Source: an uncultured Candidatus Rokubacteria bacterium (GTDB lineage: Bacteria; Methylomirabilota; Methylomirabilia; Rokubacteriales; CSP1-6). Taken from it: a DNA stretch of 64,000 nucleotides. Below the pieces are notes generated by a model, which was not told the DNA's origin, searched no databases, and was given only the letters and a program-made list of their open reading frames with translations. Each line of letters starts with the position of its first letter. Positions within the stretch are counted from its first letter, which is position 1. The stretch covers positions 480,001 to 544,000 of the forward strand of contig CAVWFS010000019.1 in NCBI GenBank assembly GCA_963754315.1. The letters run 5' to 3'. This document shows, piece after piece, positions 28,950 to 39,472 of the stretch. The position numbers were made by a program, and so were the translations under genes.

Positions 28950-30169
28950 AAACTACCAGGACCTCAAGTGTCTCGCCGGCATCCGGGTCGTCGATTTCAC
29001 CCAGTTCGAGGCAGGCACGTCCTGCACCGAGGCCCTCGCCTGGCTCGGCGCCGAGGTGGTCAAGATCGAGAATCCGAAGACCGGCGATCCTGGCCGCCGC
29101 CTGCGGCCGGGCAAGCCTGACGATGATCCGTGGTACTTCCACATGTTCAACGCCAACAAGAAATCGCTGGCCATCAACCTCAAGGCACCGCGCGGGCTCG
29201 AAGTCGTCAAGGCGATGCTGAAGAAGGCCGACATCACCGTCGAGAACATGGCGCCGGGGACGATCGAGCGCCTCGGGCTCGGCTATGACGAGGTGAAGAA
29301 GATCAACCCCGGCATCATCTTTTGCCAGATCCAGGGCTTCGGCACCGGGAGCAAGTACGAGAACGGTCTCGCCTTCGACATGATCGCCCAGGCCGCCGGC
29401 GGCACCATCAGCGTGACCGGCGAGCCCGATCGGCCGCCGGTGAAGCCTGGCCCGAGCTTTGGCGACACCGGCACTGGCATGCTGATGGCGGCCACCATCC
29501 TCGCCGCGCTCTACGAGCGGCAGCGGACCGGCCAGGGCAAGCGTCTGCAAGTGGCGATGCAGGACGCAATGCTCCACTACATGCGCACCTGCTTTGCCAC
29601 CCAGGCGCGCACCGGGAAGGCGGCACCCCGCCGCGGCGGGAAATCCGTGGCCGGCACCAACTCGCCCTCCGGCCTCTATCAATGCAAGCCCCTCGGCTCC
29701 AACGACTGGGTCTACATCACCACCAGCCGAGGCAATCCCGAACACTGGGGTCGGCTGATGCGGCTGATCGGACGCGAGGAGCTGATCGACGATCCTCGCT
29801 TCGCCACCGCCGCCGCCCGCGGCGAGCGGGAGGCCGAGGTCGATGCGATCGTCACCGAGTGGACGCGCCGGCACACCAAGGAAGAGGCCATGGCGCTGGT
29901 CAGCGGCGTCGGGGTGCCGGCCGGGGCCGTGTTCGACACCATGGAGCTGCAGCAGGATCCGAGCTTCGAGGAGCGCGGCATCATGCAGGTGATGGACCAC
30001 CCGAACGGAGCGTTCAAGATGCCGACGTGGCCGGTGCGCGTGGACGGCAAGCCGCCCCGGCTCAAACCCTCGCCGCTTCTGGGCCAGCACGGCGCCGAGG
30101 TGCTGGACGACTGGCTCGGCCTCGACGCCGGCGAAATTGCTGCCTTAAAGCGCGAGGGGGTGCTTGTAG
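28942..30169 (+). CDS. Class III CoA-transferase (formyl-CoA transferase-like)
   Basis: DFTQFEAG, LAWLGAEVVKIE, NANKKS, FDMIAQ, GDTGTG. The probable true stop is the TAG at 30167-69 by comparison with the copy at 32337-32390; the ORF track runs to 30264. Confidence 0.88.
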
Positions 30170-30296
30170 CGCGGACTCCGGTCGGATCGAGAAGTCTGGC
30201 GAGGAGGCAACACGGGCGCGATCCGCCCAGGGTGGGTCGCGCGCCCGATGCCTCCTTAGTCTGATCAGTCTATCTCTGCAGGTCTCTCCCGTCTGC

Positions 30297-32012
30297 CTAC
30301 TTACAGGGCTTCTCCTGCTTACACGCGCTGATGAGAAACGTGTGGCCGATGTCCCCACCGTCCCACCCGGAGAAGGGCCAGTCATTGATGATCTTGGGGT
30401 TCACCACCACCTCGATGTACACATCGAAGAGCGGGATGACCTCGAAGTTCTCAAACTTGTAGTTGCCGATCTTCCGCAGCTGGGCATCCGCCGCCTTGGG
30501 ATCGGACATCTGCAGCAGGTCTTCCCACATCTTGTAGATCGTATCGTCCTCGAACCAGTGGCCTACGCCCTTTCCGGCGTTGAACAGAGCGATCTGCGGC
30601 TCCACCGCCTTTTTCGACGGGACGCCGCCCCTGAGGTACCAGTTCGCTCGCCGCTCCCGCACCTTGGGCTGGACGACCGCCACCAGATCGGCCTCTTCCA
30701 GCTCCAGCTCGATGCCCACTTCACGCAACTGAGTGGCCACCGCCTCCAGCACCTGAGAGGAGCTCCGGCGCCCCCGCAAAGGGAAAGAGCCAGGCCTTGG
30801 CCTTGAAGCCCTTGGGGTATCCGGCCTCGGCCAGCAGCTGCTTGGCCTTCTTCGGGTCGTAGCCGTACATCTCCGGGAAGCGCTTCTCCCAGGTGGCGTC
30901 CCAGCCGGGCAGGTCGGGATAGAAGCCCGCCACATAGGTGGGCGTCGCCCGGCCCTTGTAGAACACCTGGAGCAGTTCCTCGCGGTTGATGGCCTTGTTC
31001 ATGGCCTGCCGCACCTTCTTGTTGGTCCACGGCACCTTGGGGTCGAGTCTCCCGGTTATCCCCCCGTATTCGGTGTAGCGCTTCGTGGCCTTGTCCTCGG
31101 TGCCGAAGTACAGTCCACCGAAGGCAAGGACGGTCTGTTGCGCCACCTGCCGACTGCGGATGAGCTTGAATCCCTTGGCGATCGCGTCGTCGGTGAGGTC
31201 CCTGTTGATCTCGGTGAGGTGGCTTTCTCCCGCCATCAACTGGGCAAAGCGCGTCGGCTCCTCGACGTTCCAGGTCATCTTGATCTCTTTCCAGTCCACC
31301 ACACCCCACTTCCAGTGCGGCGTCGGGGCACGCTCGTACAAAACATGACGGCCGAGTTGTCGCTCCTTGAAGATATACGGCCCGGTGCCGGCCGGCTTCG
31401 TCTCGTACGCCATCTCCCCTTCCTTGTCCCATTGCGCCTTGCTGAAGATGATCATGCTCGACGCGCTCGAGTAATAGAACTGCAGGTCGAGGCAGACGAC
31501 CTTGCAGTGCAGGACGACCTCGTGATCGTTGATCACCTCCACCCGCTGGACCGCGCACATGCCGTTGCTTGTAACCGACCAGGGTCGGGTCTTTGCGGCC
31601 CGGGTAGTTGGGATCACACCAGAGCGCGTGGTTGTGCACCACGTCCCTGGCCGTGAATTCGCCATAGCCGTGGTGGAATTGCACGCCCTTCTGCAACTTG
31701 ATGCGCCAGGACCGGCCGTCCTTGGCCATTTCCGAGCTCTTGGCCAGCCAGGGGTTGTAGCCACCCGACGACGAGGTCGACCTCGAACAGCCACTCGAAC
31801 GCCGGATCATGCTGAATGTTGTGGTCCGGGGTGCCGGTGATCCAGGGGCGCATGTAGTCCCGATAGGGGTTGATGAGACCCATCACCAGACGGTCCGCCT
31901 TGGCCTTGCCGGTGGCGGGTTGCGCCTGGGCACTCACGCCGGTCAGCACCACGAGTAGCATCGGCAACAGGCAGAGCAATACATTGGGTTTGCCGGAACG
32001 CCCCTGCGCCAT
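30297..32012 (-). pseudogene. Family 5 ABC substrate-binding protein, copy 1 (three apparent frameshifts)
   Basis: Fragments 31614-32012, 30721-31794, 30297-30935 and others align with the intact copy at 32506-34218. Confidence 0.88.
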
Positions 32013-32297
32013 GATCGTCCCTCCTCACTTGCACGGTTTCTCCTGCTGACACGCGTGATATCGCCTACGGGGCTTGAGGCGCACGAGCGGAGGCCCGCTT
32101 GCGGGTACGGCCGAGTCGAAGACCGGCACCAGTCGCGAGCGGACGTGCGGCAAGCGCCGGACCGGCGGGTGCGGCGGCCGCCACCATCGCCTCGAGCACT
32201 TCCGAGGGGCGTCTGGCACATGCAGCGCCTCCCTCCCGACGAGTGGGCGGGGGCAGAGCGTGCACTGCGCTCGATGTGTCGAGCAGGGAACGACGCG

Positions 32298-32326
32298 ACG
32301 TTACGGTCAGGAGAGTATCCCGTCAA
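32298..32326 (-). promoter_or_regulatory. sigma70-type promoter of SBP copy 1
   Basis: TTGACG-N17-TAACGT; the hexamers are conserved in copy 2 while the spacer has diverged. Confidence 0.75.
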
Positions 32327-32505
32327 GGCCTACCTTCTCGGCCTCGACGCCGGCGAAATTGCTGCCTTGAAGCGCGACGGCGTACTGTAGCGGGCGCTCC
32401 CGTCGGATCAAAGCGCCCGGCGGAAGAGGGGGCGCGGCCCGCGCGGTGACGGTCGCGCTCCTCGACTCTCCCTCTACCTGGTCAGGCTGCCTCCTCGCTC
32501 GCTGA

Positions 32506-34218
32506 CTACTTACAGGGCTTCTCCTGCTTACACGCACTGATGAGAAACGTGTGGCCGATATCCCCACCGTCCCATCCGGAGAACGGCCAGTCATTGATAA
32601 CCTTGGGGTTCACCACCACCTCGATGGACACGTCGAAGAGCGGGATGACCTCGAAGTTCTCAAACTTGTAGTTGCCGATCTTGCGCAGCTGGGCATCGGC
32701 CGCCTTGGGATCGGACATCTGCAGCAAGTCTTCCCACATCTTGTAGATCGTATCGTCCTCAAAAAAGTGGGGTTGGCCCTTCCCGGCGTTGAACAGTGCG
32801 ATCTGCGGTTCCACCGCCTTCTTTGATGGGGGGCCAGCCCTGAGGTACCAGTTGACTCGCCGCTCCCGCATCTTCGGCTGAACAACCGCCACGAGGTCAG
32901 CCTCTTCCAGCTCAAGTTCGATGCCCACTTCACGCAACTGCGTGGCCACCGACTCCATCACTTGGACGAGCTCCGGCGCCCCGGCAAACGGATAGAGGTA
33001 GGCCTTCGCCTTGAAGCCCTTGGGGTATCCGGCCTCGGCCAGCAGTTGCCGGGCTTTCTTGGGGTCGTAGCCGTACATCTCCGGGAAGCGCTTCTCCCAG
33101 GTAGGGTCCCAGCCCGGCAAGTCGGGATAGAAGCCCATCACATAGGTGTACGAGGCCCGGCCCTTGTACAGCACCTTGAGCAGTTCCTCGCGGTTGATGG
33201 CCTTGTTCATGGCCTGCCGCACCTTCTTGTTGGTCCACGGCACCTTGAGGTCAAGCTTGCCGGTGGTGCCCCCGAATTCGGTGTAGCGATTGGTGGCCTT
33301 GTCCTCGGTGCCGAAGTACAGTCCACCGAACGCCACGACGACCTGCTGCGCCACCTGCCGACTGCGGATGAGCTTGAACCCCCTGGCAACCGCGTCGGCG
33401 GCGAGGTCCCTGTTGATCTCGGTGAGGTGGCTTTCCCCCGCCAGCAGTTGCGCGAAGCGCGGCGGCTCTTCGACGTTCCAGGTCATCTTGATCTCTTTCC
33501 AGTCCACCACGCCCCACTTCCAGTGCGGCGTCGGGGCACGCTCGTACAAGACATAGCGACCCAGTTCGCGCTCCTTGAAGATATACGGTCCGGTGCCGGC
33601 CGGCCTCGTCTCGTACGCCATCTCCCCTTCTTTGTCCCACTGCGCCTTGCTGAAGATGATCATGCTCGACGCGCTCGAGTAATAGAACTGCAGGTCGAGG
33701 CACACCACCTTGCAGTGCATGACGATCTCGTGGTTGTTGATCACCTCCACCCGCTGGACCGCGCACATGCCTTGCTTGTAGGCCGTCGTCGTTGGGTCCT
33801 TGCGGCCTGGATAATTGGGGTCACACCACACGGCGTGGTTGTGCACCACGTCCTTGGCCGTGAACTCGCCATAGCCGTGGTGGAACTGCACGCCCTTCTG
33901 CAGGGTGATGCGCCAGGACCGGCCGTCCTTGGCCATTTCCGCGCTCTTGGCTAGCCAGGGATTGTAGCCGCCCGACGACACGTCGACCTCGAACAGCCAC
34001 TCGAAGGCCGGATCATGCTGAATGTTGTGGTCCGGGGTGCCGAGGATCCAGGGGCGCATGTAATCCCGATAGGGGATGATGAGACCCATCACCAGCCGGT
34101 CCACCTTCGCCTTGCCGGTGGCGGGTTGGGCCTGGGCACTCACACCGGTCAGCACCACGAGTAGGACCGGCAGCAGGCACAGCAATACGTGAGGTTTGGG
34201 GAATCGACTCGGCACCAT
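32506..34218 (-). CDS. Family 5 (peptide/nickel-type) ABC substrate-binding protein, copy 2
   Basis: Signal peptide; PWLAKS, GVQFHHGYGEFTAKDV, GTGPYIF, KVRQAMNKAINRE, YDPKKARQLLAEAGYP. Confidence 0.92.
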   Translation of the reverse strand: MVPSRFPKPHVLLCLLPVLLVVLTGVSAQAQPATGKAKVDRLVMGLIIPYRDYMRPWILGTPDHNIQHDPAFEWLFEVDVSSGGYNPWLAKSAEMAKDGRSWRITLQKGVQFHHGYGEFTAKDVVHNHAVWCDPNYPGRKDPTTTAYKQGMCAVQRVEVINNHEIVMHCKVVCLDLQFYYSSASSMIIFSKAQWDKEGEMAYETRPAGTGPYIFKERELGRYVLYERAPTPHWKWGVVDWKEIKMTWNVEEPPRFAQLLAGESHLTEINRDLAADAVARGFKLIRSRQVAQQVVVAFGGLYFGTEDKATNRYTEFGGTTGKLDLKVPWTNKKVRQAMNKAINREELLKVLYKGRASYTYVMGFYPDLPGWDPTWEKRFPEMYGYDPKKARQLLAEAGYPKGFKAKAYLYPFAGAPELVQVMESVATQLREVGIELELEEADLVAVVQPKMRERRVNWYLRAGPPSKKAVEPQIALFNAGKGQPHFFEDDTIYKMWEDLLQMSDPKAADAQLRKIGNYKFENFEVIPLFDVSIEVVVNPKVINDWPFSGWDGGDIGHTFLISACKQEKPCK

Positions 34219-34488
34219 GGTCGTCCCTCCTTGCTTGCGCGGTTTCCCTGTTTACGCGTCTCGGTGTCGCCAACCGGCGACGCTTCGACGAGCTGCTAGC
34301 CTGGCTTGAATCGCACGAGCTGAAGTTCGTTTGCGGAACAACACGAGGAGAAGATCGGCGCCCGTCTCGGGCGGACCTGGCGGCAAGCTACCTTCCCCGG
34401 GGCGTCGGGCCATGCGCCGCCTCCCTCCCGACGAGCGGGCGAGGACAGAGCGTGCACTGCGCTCGATGTGTCGAGCGGGGACAATGGG

Positions 34489-34517
34489 ACGTTAAGGGGT
34501 GGCGAATAGGCTGTCAA
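34489..34517 (-). promoter_or_regulatory. sigma70-type promoter of SBP copy 2
   Basis: TTGACA-N17-TAACGT. Confidence 0.78.
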
Positions 34518-34586
34518 GGAAAACCCTTGGCGCCCAGGAGCGTGGCATCATGCACGTGCAATCCCGAAGAGAGAGGAGTCTCGATC

Positions 34587-35999
34587 ATGACCAATGAAGC
34601 TCTGCGCACGATCTTGCCGATTGCCGGCTGGGGGGACGATCGCGCCCGCGCCGTCGAAATCACCGGCGACGGCGATCCAATTCTACCGACGCCGTTCCGC
34701 ATCGGCGAGACCAGCGCGGCCGCCCTCGCGGCGGTCGGCCTCGCCGTCGCCGATCTGTGGGCCTTGCGCACCGGGCGGCGCCAGGAGGTCGCGGTCGACT
34801 CGCGCCAAGCGACCGCCTCGCTCCGGAGCGGGCACTACATGCAGATGGACGGGGCGCCCGTGTCGACCGAGCGCAACACGGTGATGGGCGTCTATCCGGC
34901 CAAGAACGGGCGCTGGAGCTATCTGCACTGCAATTTTCCAAACCATCGAGCGGCGGCCCTCCACGTGCTCGGCGTGTCGGAAGATCGGGAAGCGGTGCGG
35001 GACGCGGTGGCGAAGTGGGACGCGCTCGAGCTCGAGGAGGCGATCATCGCCGCCAAGGGCGCCGGGGGCATGGTGCGCACAATGGAAGAATGGGCCCAGC
35101 ACCCGCAGGCTCACGCGATCGCGTCGCTGCCGCTGATGGAGATCGTCAGGATCGGCGACAGCCCACCCGAACGGCTCCCCGACGGCAATCGGCCGCTGTC
35201 GGGCGTTCGCGTGCTCGACCTGACGCGGGTCCTCGCCGGGCCGACCTGTGCCCGCACCCTCGCCGAGCACGGCGCCGACGTGTTGAAGATCACCGGGGCG
35301 CATCTGCCGAACATCGGGTACCAGGAATACGACACCGGCCACGGCAAGCTCTCCGCCCATCTCGATCTGCGCGAGCCGAAGGACATCGAGACCCTGCGGG
35401 GGCTGGTTCGCGAAGCCGACGTGTTCTCGCAGGGCTACCGGCCGGGGACCCTCGGCCAGCGCGGGTTCTCGCCCGAGGCCCTGGCGCGATTGCGGCCCGG
35501 CATCGTCTTCGTCTCGCTGTGCGCCTTCGGCCATGTCGGGCCGTGGGCGTCTCGCCGCGGCTTCGACACGGTGGTGCAGACGGTCAGCGGCATCACGAGC
35601 CGCCAGGGTGAGCTGTTCCCCGGCGCGACGCCGGGCCCGCAATTCTACCCAGTGTCGGCGATCGACTACCTGACCGGCTATCTGATGGCCTTCGGCGCGA
35701 TGGTGGCGCTCTCCCGCCGAGCGCGGGAGGGTGGCAGCTGGCTCGTGCGGATCTCACTGGCCCAGACCGGGCGCTGGCTCGTCGGACGCGGACAGGTCCC
35801 GGAGGCCAAGCTCAAGGATGTGCCGAAGGAATTCACCCCCGAGGAGCTGAAGCGCTGGTCGATGACGAGCGACACGCCGGTCGGTCGGCTGCACCATCTC
35901 GGGCCGGTGGTGCACCTCTCCGAGACACCGCCGCGCTGGGCGCGGCCCTCCGTACCGCTCGGCTACCACGAGCCAGCGTGGCCCGCGCGGGCGACGTAA
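34587..35999 (+). CDS. CaiB/BaiF family CoA-transferase
   Basis: GAGAGGAG RBS; PLSGVRVLDLTRVLAGP, LAEHGADV, QGYRPG, RGFD. Confidence 0.9.
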   Translation: MTNEALRTILPIAGWGDDRARAVEITGDGDPILPTPFRIGETSAAALAAVGLAVADLWALRTGRRQEVAVDSRQATASLRSGHYMQMDGAPVSTERNTVMGVYPAKNGRWSYLHCNFPNHRAAALHVLGVSEDREAVRDAVAKWDALELEEAIIAAKGAGGMVRTMEEWAQHPQAHAIASLPLMEIVRIGDSPPERLPDGNRPLSGVRVLDLTRVLAGPTCARTLAEHGADVLKITGAHLPNIGYQEYDTGHGKLSAHLDLREPKDIETLRGLVREADVFSQGYRPGTLGQRGFSPEALARLRPGIVFVSLCAFGHVGPWASRRGFDTVVQTVSGITSRQGELFPGATPGPQFYPVSAIDYLTGYLMAFGAMVALSRRAREGGSWLVRISLAQTGRWLVGRGQVPEAKLKDVPKEFTPEELKRWSMTSDTPVGRLHHLGPVVHLSETPPRWARPSVPLGYHEPAWPARAT

Positions 36000-36075
36000 C
36001 GTGGGCGCCGTCGTCTGATCGCGTCGCGGCGACTTAGCCGACGGGCCCCTGATTGGTCACACTGCTTCGAAAGCT

Positions 36076-37314
36076 CTAGTCGATTCCGGCCGACACGCCC
36101 TTGGCGTCCTTGGTCAAGGCGGCCGCCGGCGTGTCGATGTTGTACAGGCGCGCGCAGTTGTCCCAGAGGATCTTGCGGCGGACCTCGGCACCGAACGGCA
36201 GCCCGAAGAACTGCTCCATGGCCTCGGGAAAGGCGCCGTCGGAATGCGGATAGTCGGTGGAGACCACGAAGTAGTCGGCGCCCATCTTGTTCACGACGTC
36301 GACCGCGGGTTCCTCGTCGACATCGAGCGCGATGTAGCACTGGCGCTTGAAGTATTCGCTCGGCAGCATCGATAGCTGATGCTCGCAGCCGGGACCGAAC
36401 TTCTCCCACTGATCATCGAGCCTCCACAGCCACCAGGCGAGCCAGCCGGCCGTGCCTTCGAGGAAGGCGCAGCGCAGCCGCGGGTGGCGTTCGAGGATCC
36501 CGCCCGTGGTCATGCTGGCAATGGCCCCCATCAGCTCGACGGGATTGCGAATGGCATGGGCGATCGGATGAAAGTTGGCGTGGCCAACGTAGCGCCGCCC
36601 GGCGTCGTCCTTGAGCGAGGTGTTGCCGGTCGGATGGAAGCCGATCGGCACCTCGAGCTGCTCCAGCGCGGTCCACAGCGGATCACACGCCTCGTCGTGC
36701 AAATGCTGGCCGTTCACCGGATTCGGGGTCCCGATGATGGCGACGGCCCCAAGCTCTCGAACGCAGCGACGGGCCTCCTCGATCGCGGCCGGGATGCTGT
36801 GCATCGCCACCTGGGCCGCGAACTTGAGCCGCTGCGGCTGGCCCTGGCAATACTCATGCGCCCAGTTGTTGTAGGCGCGGGCCAGCGCCGCCGCGTAGTC
36901 CGGCGCCAGGTCGTCGTGCATGAGGATCTGCCGCCCCCGCGTGCCGTACATCACGGCGACATCAACGCCCTCGATATCCATCGCGGTCAGGGTGGAGTCC
37001 GGGTCGAAGCCGCGCGCCCGCGCGACCTGGAAGTGTGGGTGCCGCGCGCGGCTCCGGCGCCGCAGCTCGCGGCTGGACGCGGTGGCGGCCGTCGCCTTGC
37101 CATGTGCAGGAATGGCCAGCCCCTGCACTTCCATGCCCATGATGGTGTCGGCGTGGCCCTTGTCTTGCGAGCTCTCGGCGAGCTTTTTCTGCTGCCCGCC
37201 GAAGAACCGTGGCAGGTTCGCTCGATGGGGTCCTTCGAGGTGGCGGGCCCATAGGTCGTCCGGTTCCATCATGTGAAGGTCGCTGTCGAGGATCAGATAG
37301 CCGTCGCGTGCCAT
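36076..37314 (-). CDS. Amidohydrolase_2 family protein
   Basis: DSDLHMME, RAYNNW, IGFHP, FLEG, STDYPHSD. Confidence 0.9.
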   Translation of the reverse strand: MARDGYLILDSDLHMMEPDDLWARHLEGPHRANLPRFFGGQQKKLAESSQDKGHADTIMGMEVQGLAIPAHGKATAATASSRELRRRSRARHPHFQVARARGFDPDSTLTAMDIEGVDVAVMYGTRGRQILMHDDLAPDYAAALARAYNNWAHEYCQGQPQRLKFAAQVAMHSIPAAIEEARRCVRELGAVAIIGTPNPVNGQHLHDEACDPLWTALEQLEVPIGFHPTGNTSLKDDAGRRYVGHANFHPIAHAIRNPVELMGAIASMTTGGILERHPRLRCAFLEGTAGWLAWWLWRLDDQWEKFGPGCEHQLSMLPSEYFKRQCYIALDVDEEPAVDVVNKMGADYFVVSTDYPHSDGAFPEAMEQFFGLPFGAEVRRKILWDNCARLYNIDTPAAALTKDAKGVSAGID

Positions 37315-37476
37315 AGGGCACCTCCCCCGGGGATGAGAGACTGCACCGCCGAGCGCCTCTGCCGCCGATTATCTTCCCCCGCCCTCCTTCGCTCAACCCT
37401 TGTGCGCCGGCGCGCTTCGGGGCAGGCGCGAGGGTCTTTGATAGCTTGCTACGTATGTTATGCGGCATGAGCCAGG

Positions 37477-38595
37477 CTACCGGAGCTTGGCACCCTGCTG
37501 GGTGACGATGTCGAGGAACGCCCCCACCTCCGCATTCATCTGCTCCACATCGGCGGGAATGAATCCGCCCGCCGCGAAGTGGCCAGTGATCGAAGTCGGA
37601 TTGATGGTGACCGTGCGCACGTCGCGAATGTAGTGGGCTGCCTCCAGCGGCTCCCACTCAGGATTCAGCAGGTCCTTCACTCCGGTCATCATGAGGGTCT
37701 TGGCCTTGATCGTCCGGAGGGCCTTGACGAGATCACCGTTCATCCCGGCGGTCGACCCCAGATCGTGCGTCTCGTAAGCCCAAGTCTGGTAGATGTAGTC
37801 GTTGGCGTCGAAGACGTTCATGAGCGTGTCCTCCTGGGCCTTGAGCCAGGGCAGGACGTCGCGGGGATTGGCAAACTGATAGCGGTACATCTCCGGCGTG
37901 CGCGCCGACAGGAAGCCGAGGATGTCGCGCCACAGGCGGATGCCGTTCGCGGGGGGGCTTGTGTAGTTGCCCCCGTTCCACGCCGGATCAAGCATGATGG
38001 CCTTCCGGCTCGCGTCCACGACCACGATGCTCCAGGCCGGCGTCCGGGCCAGTGGCACCAGGGCCACCAGGCTGTCCATGAAGTCCGGGTGGCTCACGCC
38101 CCACTGCAGAGCCTGCATTCCCCCCATGGAAGGCCCGATCACCGTCACCACGTGGTCGATGCCCAGCTTCTCCTTGAGCAGGCGATGCTGGGACTGCACC
38201 ATGTCCCGGATGGTGAAGCGCGGGAACTGCATGCGCGGCTGCGCCGTGCTGTTGCTTGGCGAGGTGGTCAGTCCGTTGCCGATGGCGTCTGTACAGATGA
38301 TGAAGTACTTGGTGGGATCGAGGGCCCGGCCGGGCCCGATGAGGAAGTCCAGGCGATGGTGATTCCCACTGAGCGCGGTCACCATCAGAATGGCGTTTGA
38401 CTTCTTGGCATTGAGCGCTCCGTGGGTGACATAGGAGATTGCGAAGTCTTTGATAACCTGCCCGCTCTCCAGCGTGAGGTCACCCATCTGGTAGAGCTGA
38501 TGGGGCTGATCGGTCGGCCGGTGCGCGGCGGCGCGGTTCGTGAACGAACCCAGAACGAGCAGACACGTAAGCAGGCACAGGACTGGACGGTACAT
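37477..38595 (-). CDS. Homoserine O-acetyltransferase-like alpha/beta hydrolase with signal peptide
   Basis: YVTHGALN, IGPGRALDP, GPSMGGMQA, TGH; hydrophobic N-terminus. Confidence 0.85.
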   Translation of the reverse strand: MYRPVLCLLTCLLVLGSFTNRAAAHRPTDQPHQLYQMGDLTLESGQVIKDFAISYVTHGALNAKKSNAILMVTALSGNHHRLDFLIGPGRALDPTKYFIICTDAIGNGLTTSPSNSTAQPRMQFPRFTIRDMVQSQHRLLKEKLGIDHVVTVIGPSMGGMQALQWGVSHPDFMDSLVALVPLARTPAWSIVVVDASRKAIMLDPAWNGGNYTSPPANGIRLWRDILGFLSARTPEMYRYQFANPRDVLPWLKAQEDTLMNVFDANDYIYQTWAYETHDLGSTAGMNGDLVKALRTIKAKTLMMTGVKDLLNPEWEPLEAAHYIRDVRTVTINPTSITGHFAAGGFIPADVEQMNAEVGAFLDIVTQQGAKLR

Positions 38596-38688
38596 CGGCG
38601 CACCTCCGTGTCGAGGGTGGGTTGGCGAACGGCGCGAGTGTAAGTGGCTCCTTGTGCACCGTCAACGGCCGTGCAGGAGGAATGTGCG

Positions 38689-39444
38689 ATGGATCTGACG
38701 GGAAAGGCGGCCCTCGTCACCGGTGGCTCCGGAGACCTTGGTCGGGCAATCGCCAGAGCCTTGGCCACAGCGGGGGTGGATGTCGCAGTCACTTACGCGA
38801 GCCATCCGGAGGAGGCTAAGGCGACGGCGACCGCGGTGGAGTCGGTAGGGCGGCGAAGCCTGATCGTGCCGCTCGATCAGCGCGACCCGGTTGCAATCGA
38901 CACAGCCGTCGAGACAGTCGCCCGGGAGTTTGGCCGACTGGACATCCTCGTCAATAACGCGGCGTGGAATATCGGCATACCGTTCAAGGCTCTCGACGCC
39001 TTGACCGCCGACATCTGGGATCGAGTGCTCGAAACCAACCTTCGGGGGCCGTACTTGCTGGCGAGGGCGTGCGCCCCTCATCTGCGCGCGCAGGGGGCGG
39101 GGCGCATCGTGAACATCGCGTCAGTTGGAGGATTGTATCCCGGCAGTAGCAGCATCGCCTATTCGGCGAGCAAAGCGGGCTTGATCCACCTCAGCCGTTG
39201 CCTCGCCGTCGCCCTCGCTCCAGAGGTGACGGTGAACTGTATCGCGCCCGGACTGGTGGAAGGTACCCGCATGGCCCAGCGGCTTCCCCCAGAAATTGCC
39301 CAGTGGTCACGCACTCAGGCGGTGCTGGGCCGAACGGCAAGTGCGCAGGATATCGCCGAGCAAGTCGTCACGTTCTGCCGAGCCGAGTCGGTGACGGGGC
39401 AAGTGCTTGTCGTCGACGGGGGAATGCCGGCCGGGATGCACTGA
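38689..39444 (+). CDS. Short-chain dehydrogenase/reductase
   Basis: VTGGSGDLG, LVNNAA, YSASK. Confidence 0.92.
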   Translation: MDLTGKAALVTGGSGDLGRAIARALATAGVDVAVTYASHPEEAKATATAVESVGRRSLIVPLDQRDPVAIDTAVETVAREFGRLDILVNNAAWNIGIPFKALDALTADIWDRVLETNLRGPYLLARACAPHLRAQGAGRIVNIASVGGLYPGSSSIAYSASKAGLIHLSRCLAVALAPEVTVNCIAPGLVEGTRMAQRLPPEIAQWSRTQAVLGRTASAQDIAEQVVTFCRAESVTGQVLVVDGGMPAGMH

Positions 39445-39472
39445 GCGGAGCCCGGACGCTACAATTCTCCGC

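Larger units (their letters stand above)
30115..34520. repeat. Diverged tandem duplication of an approx. 2.2-kb unit
   Basis: Units 30115-32336 and 32337-34520 each contain the CoA-transferase tail, an SBP gene, its leader and its promoter. Confidence 0.9.

Noticed and set aside
30170..30264. C-terminal extension of the CoA-transferase
   Set aside because: The duplicate tail at 32337-32390 ends GVL*; one extra T near 30164 explains the read-through.
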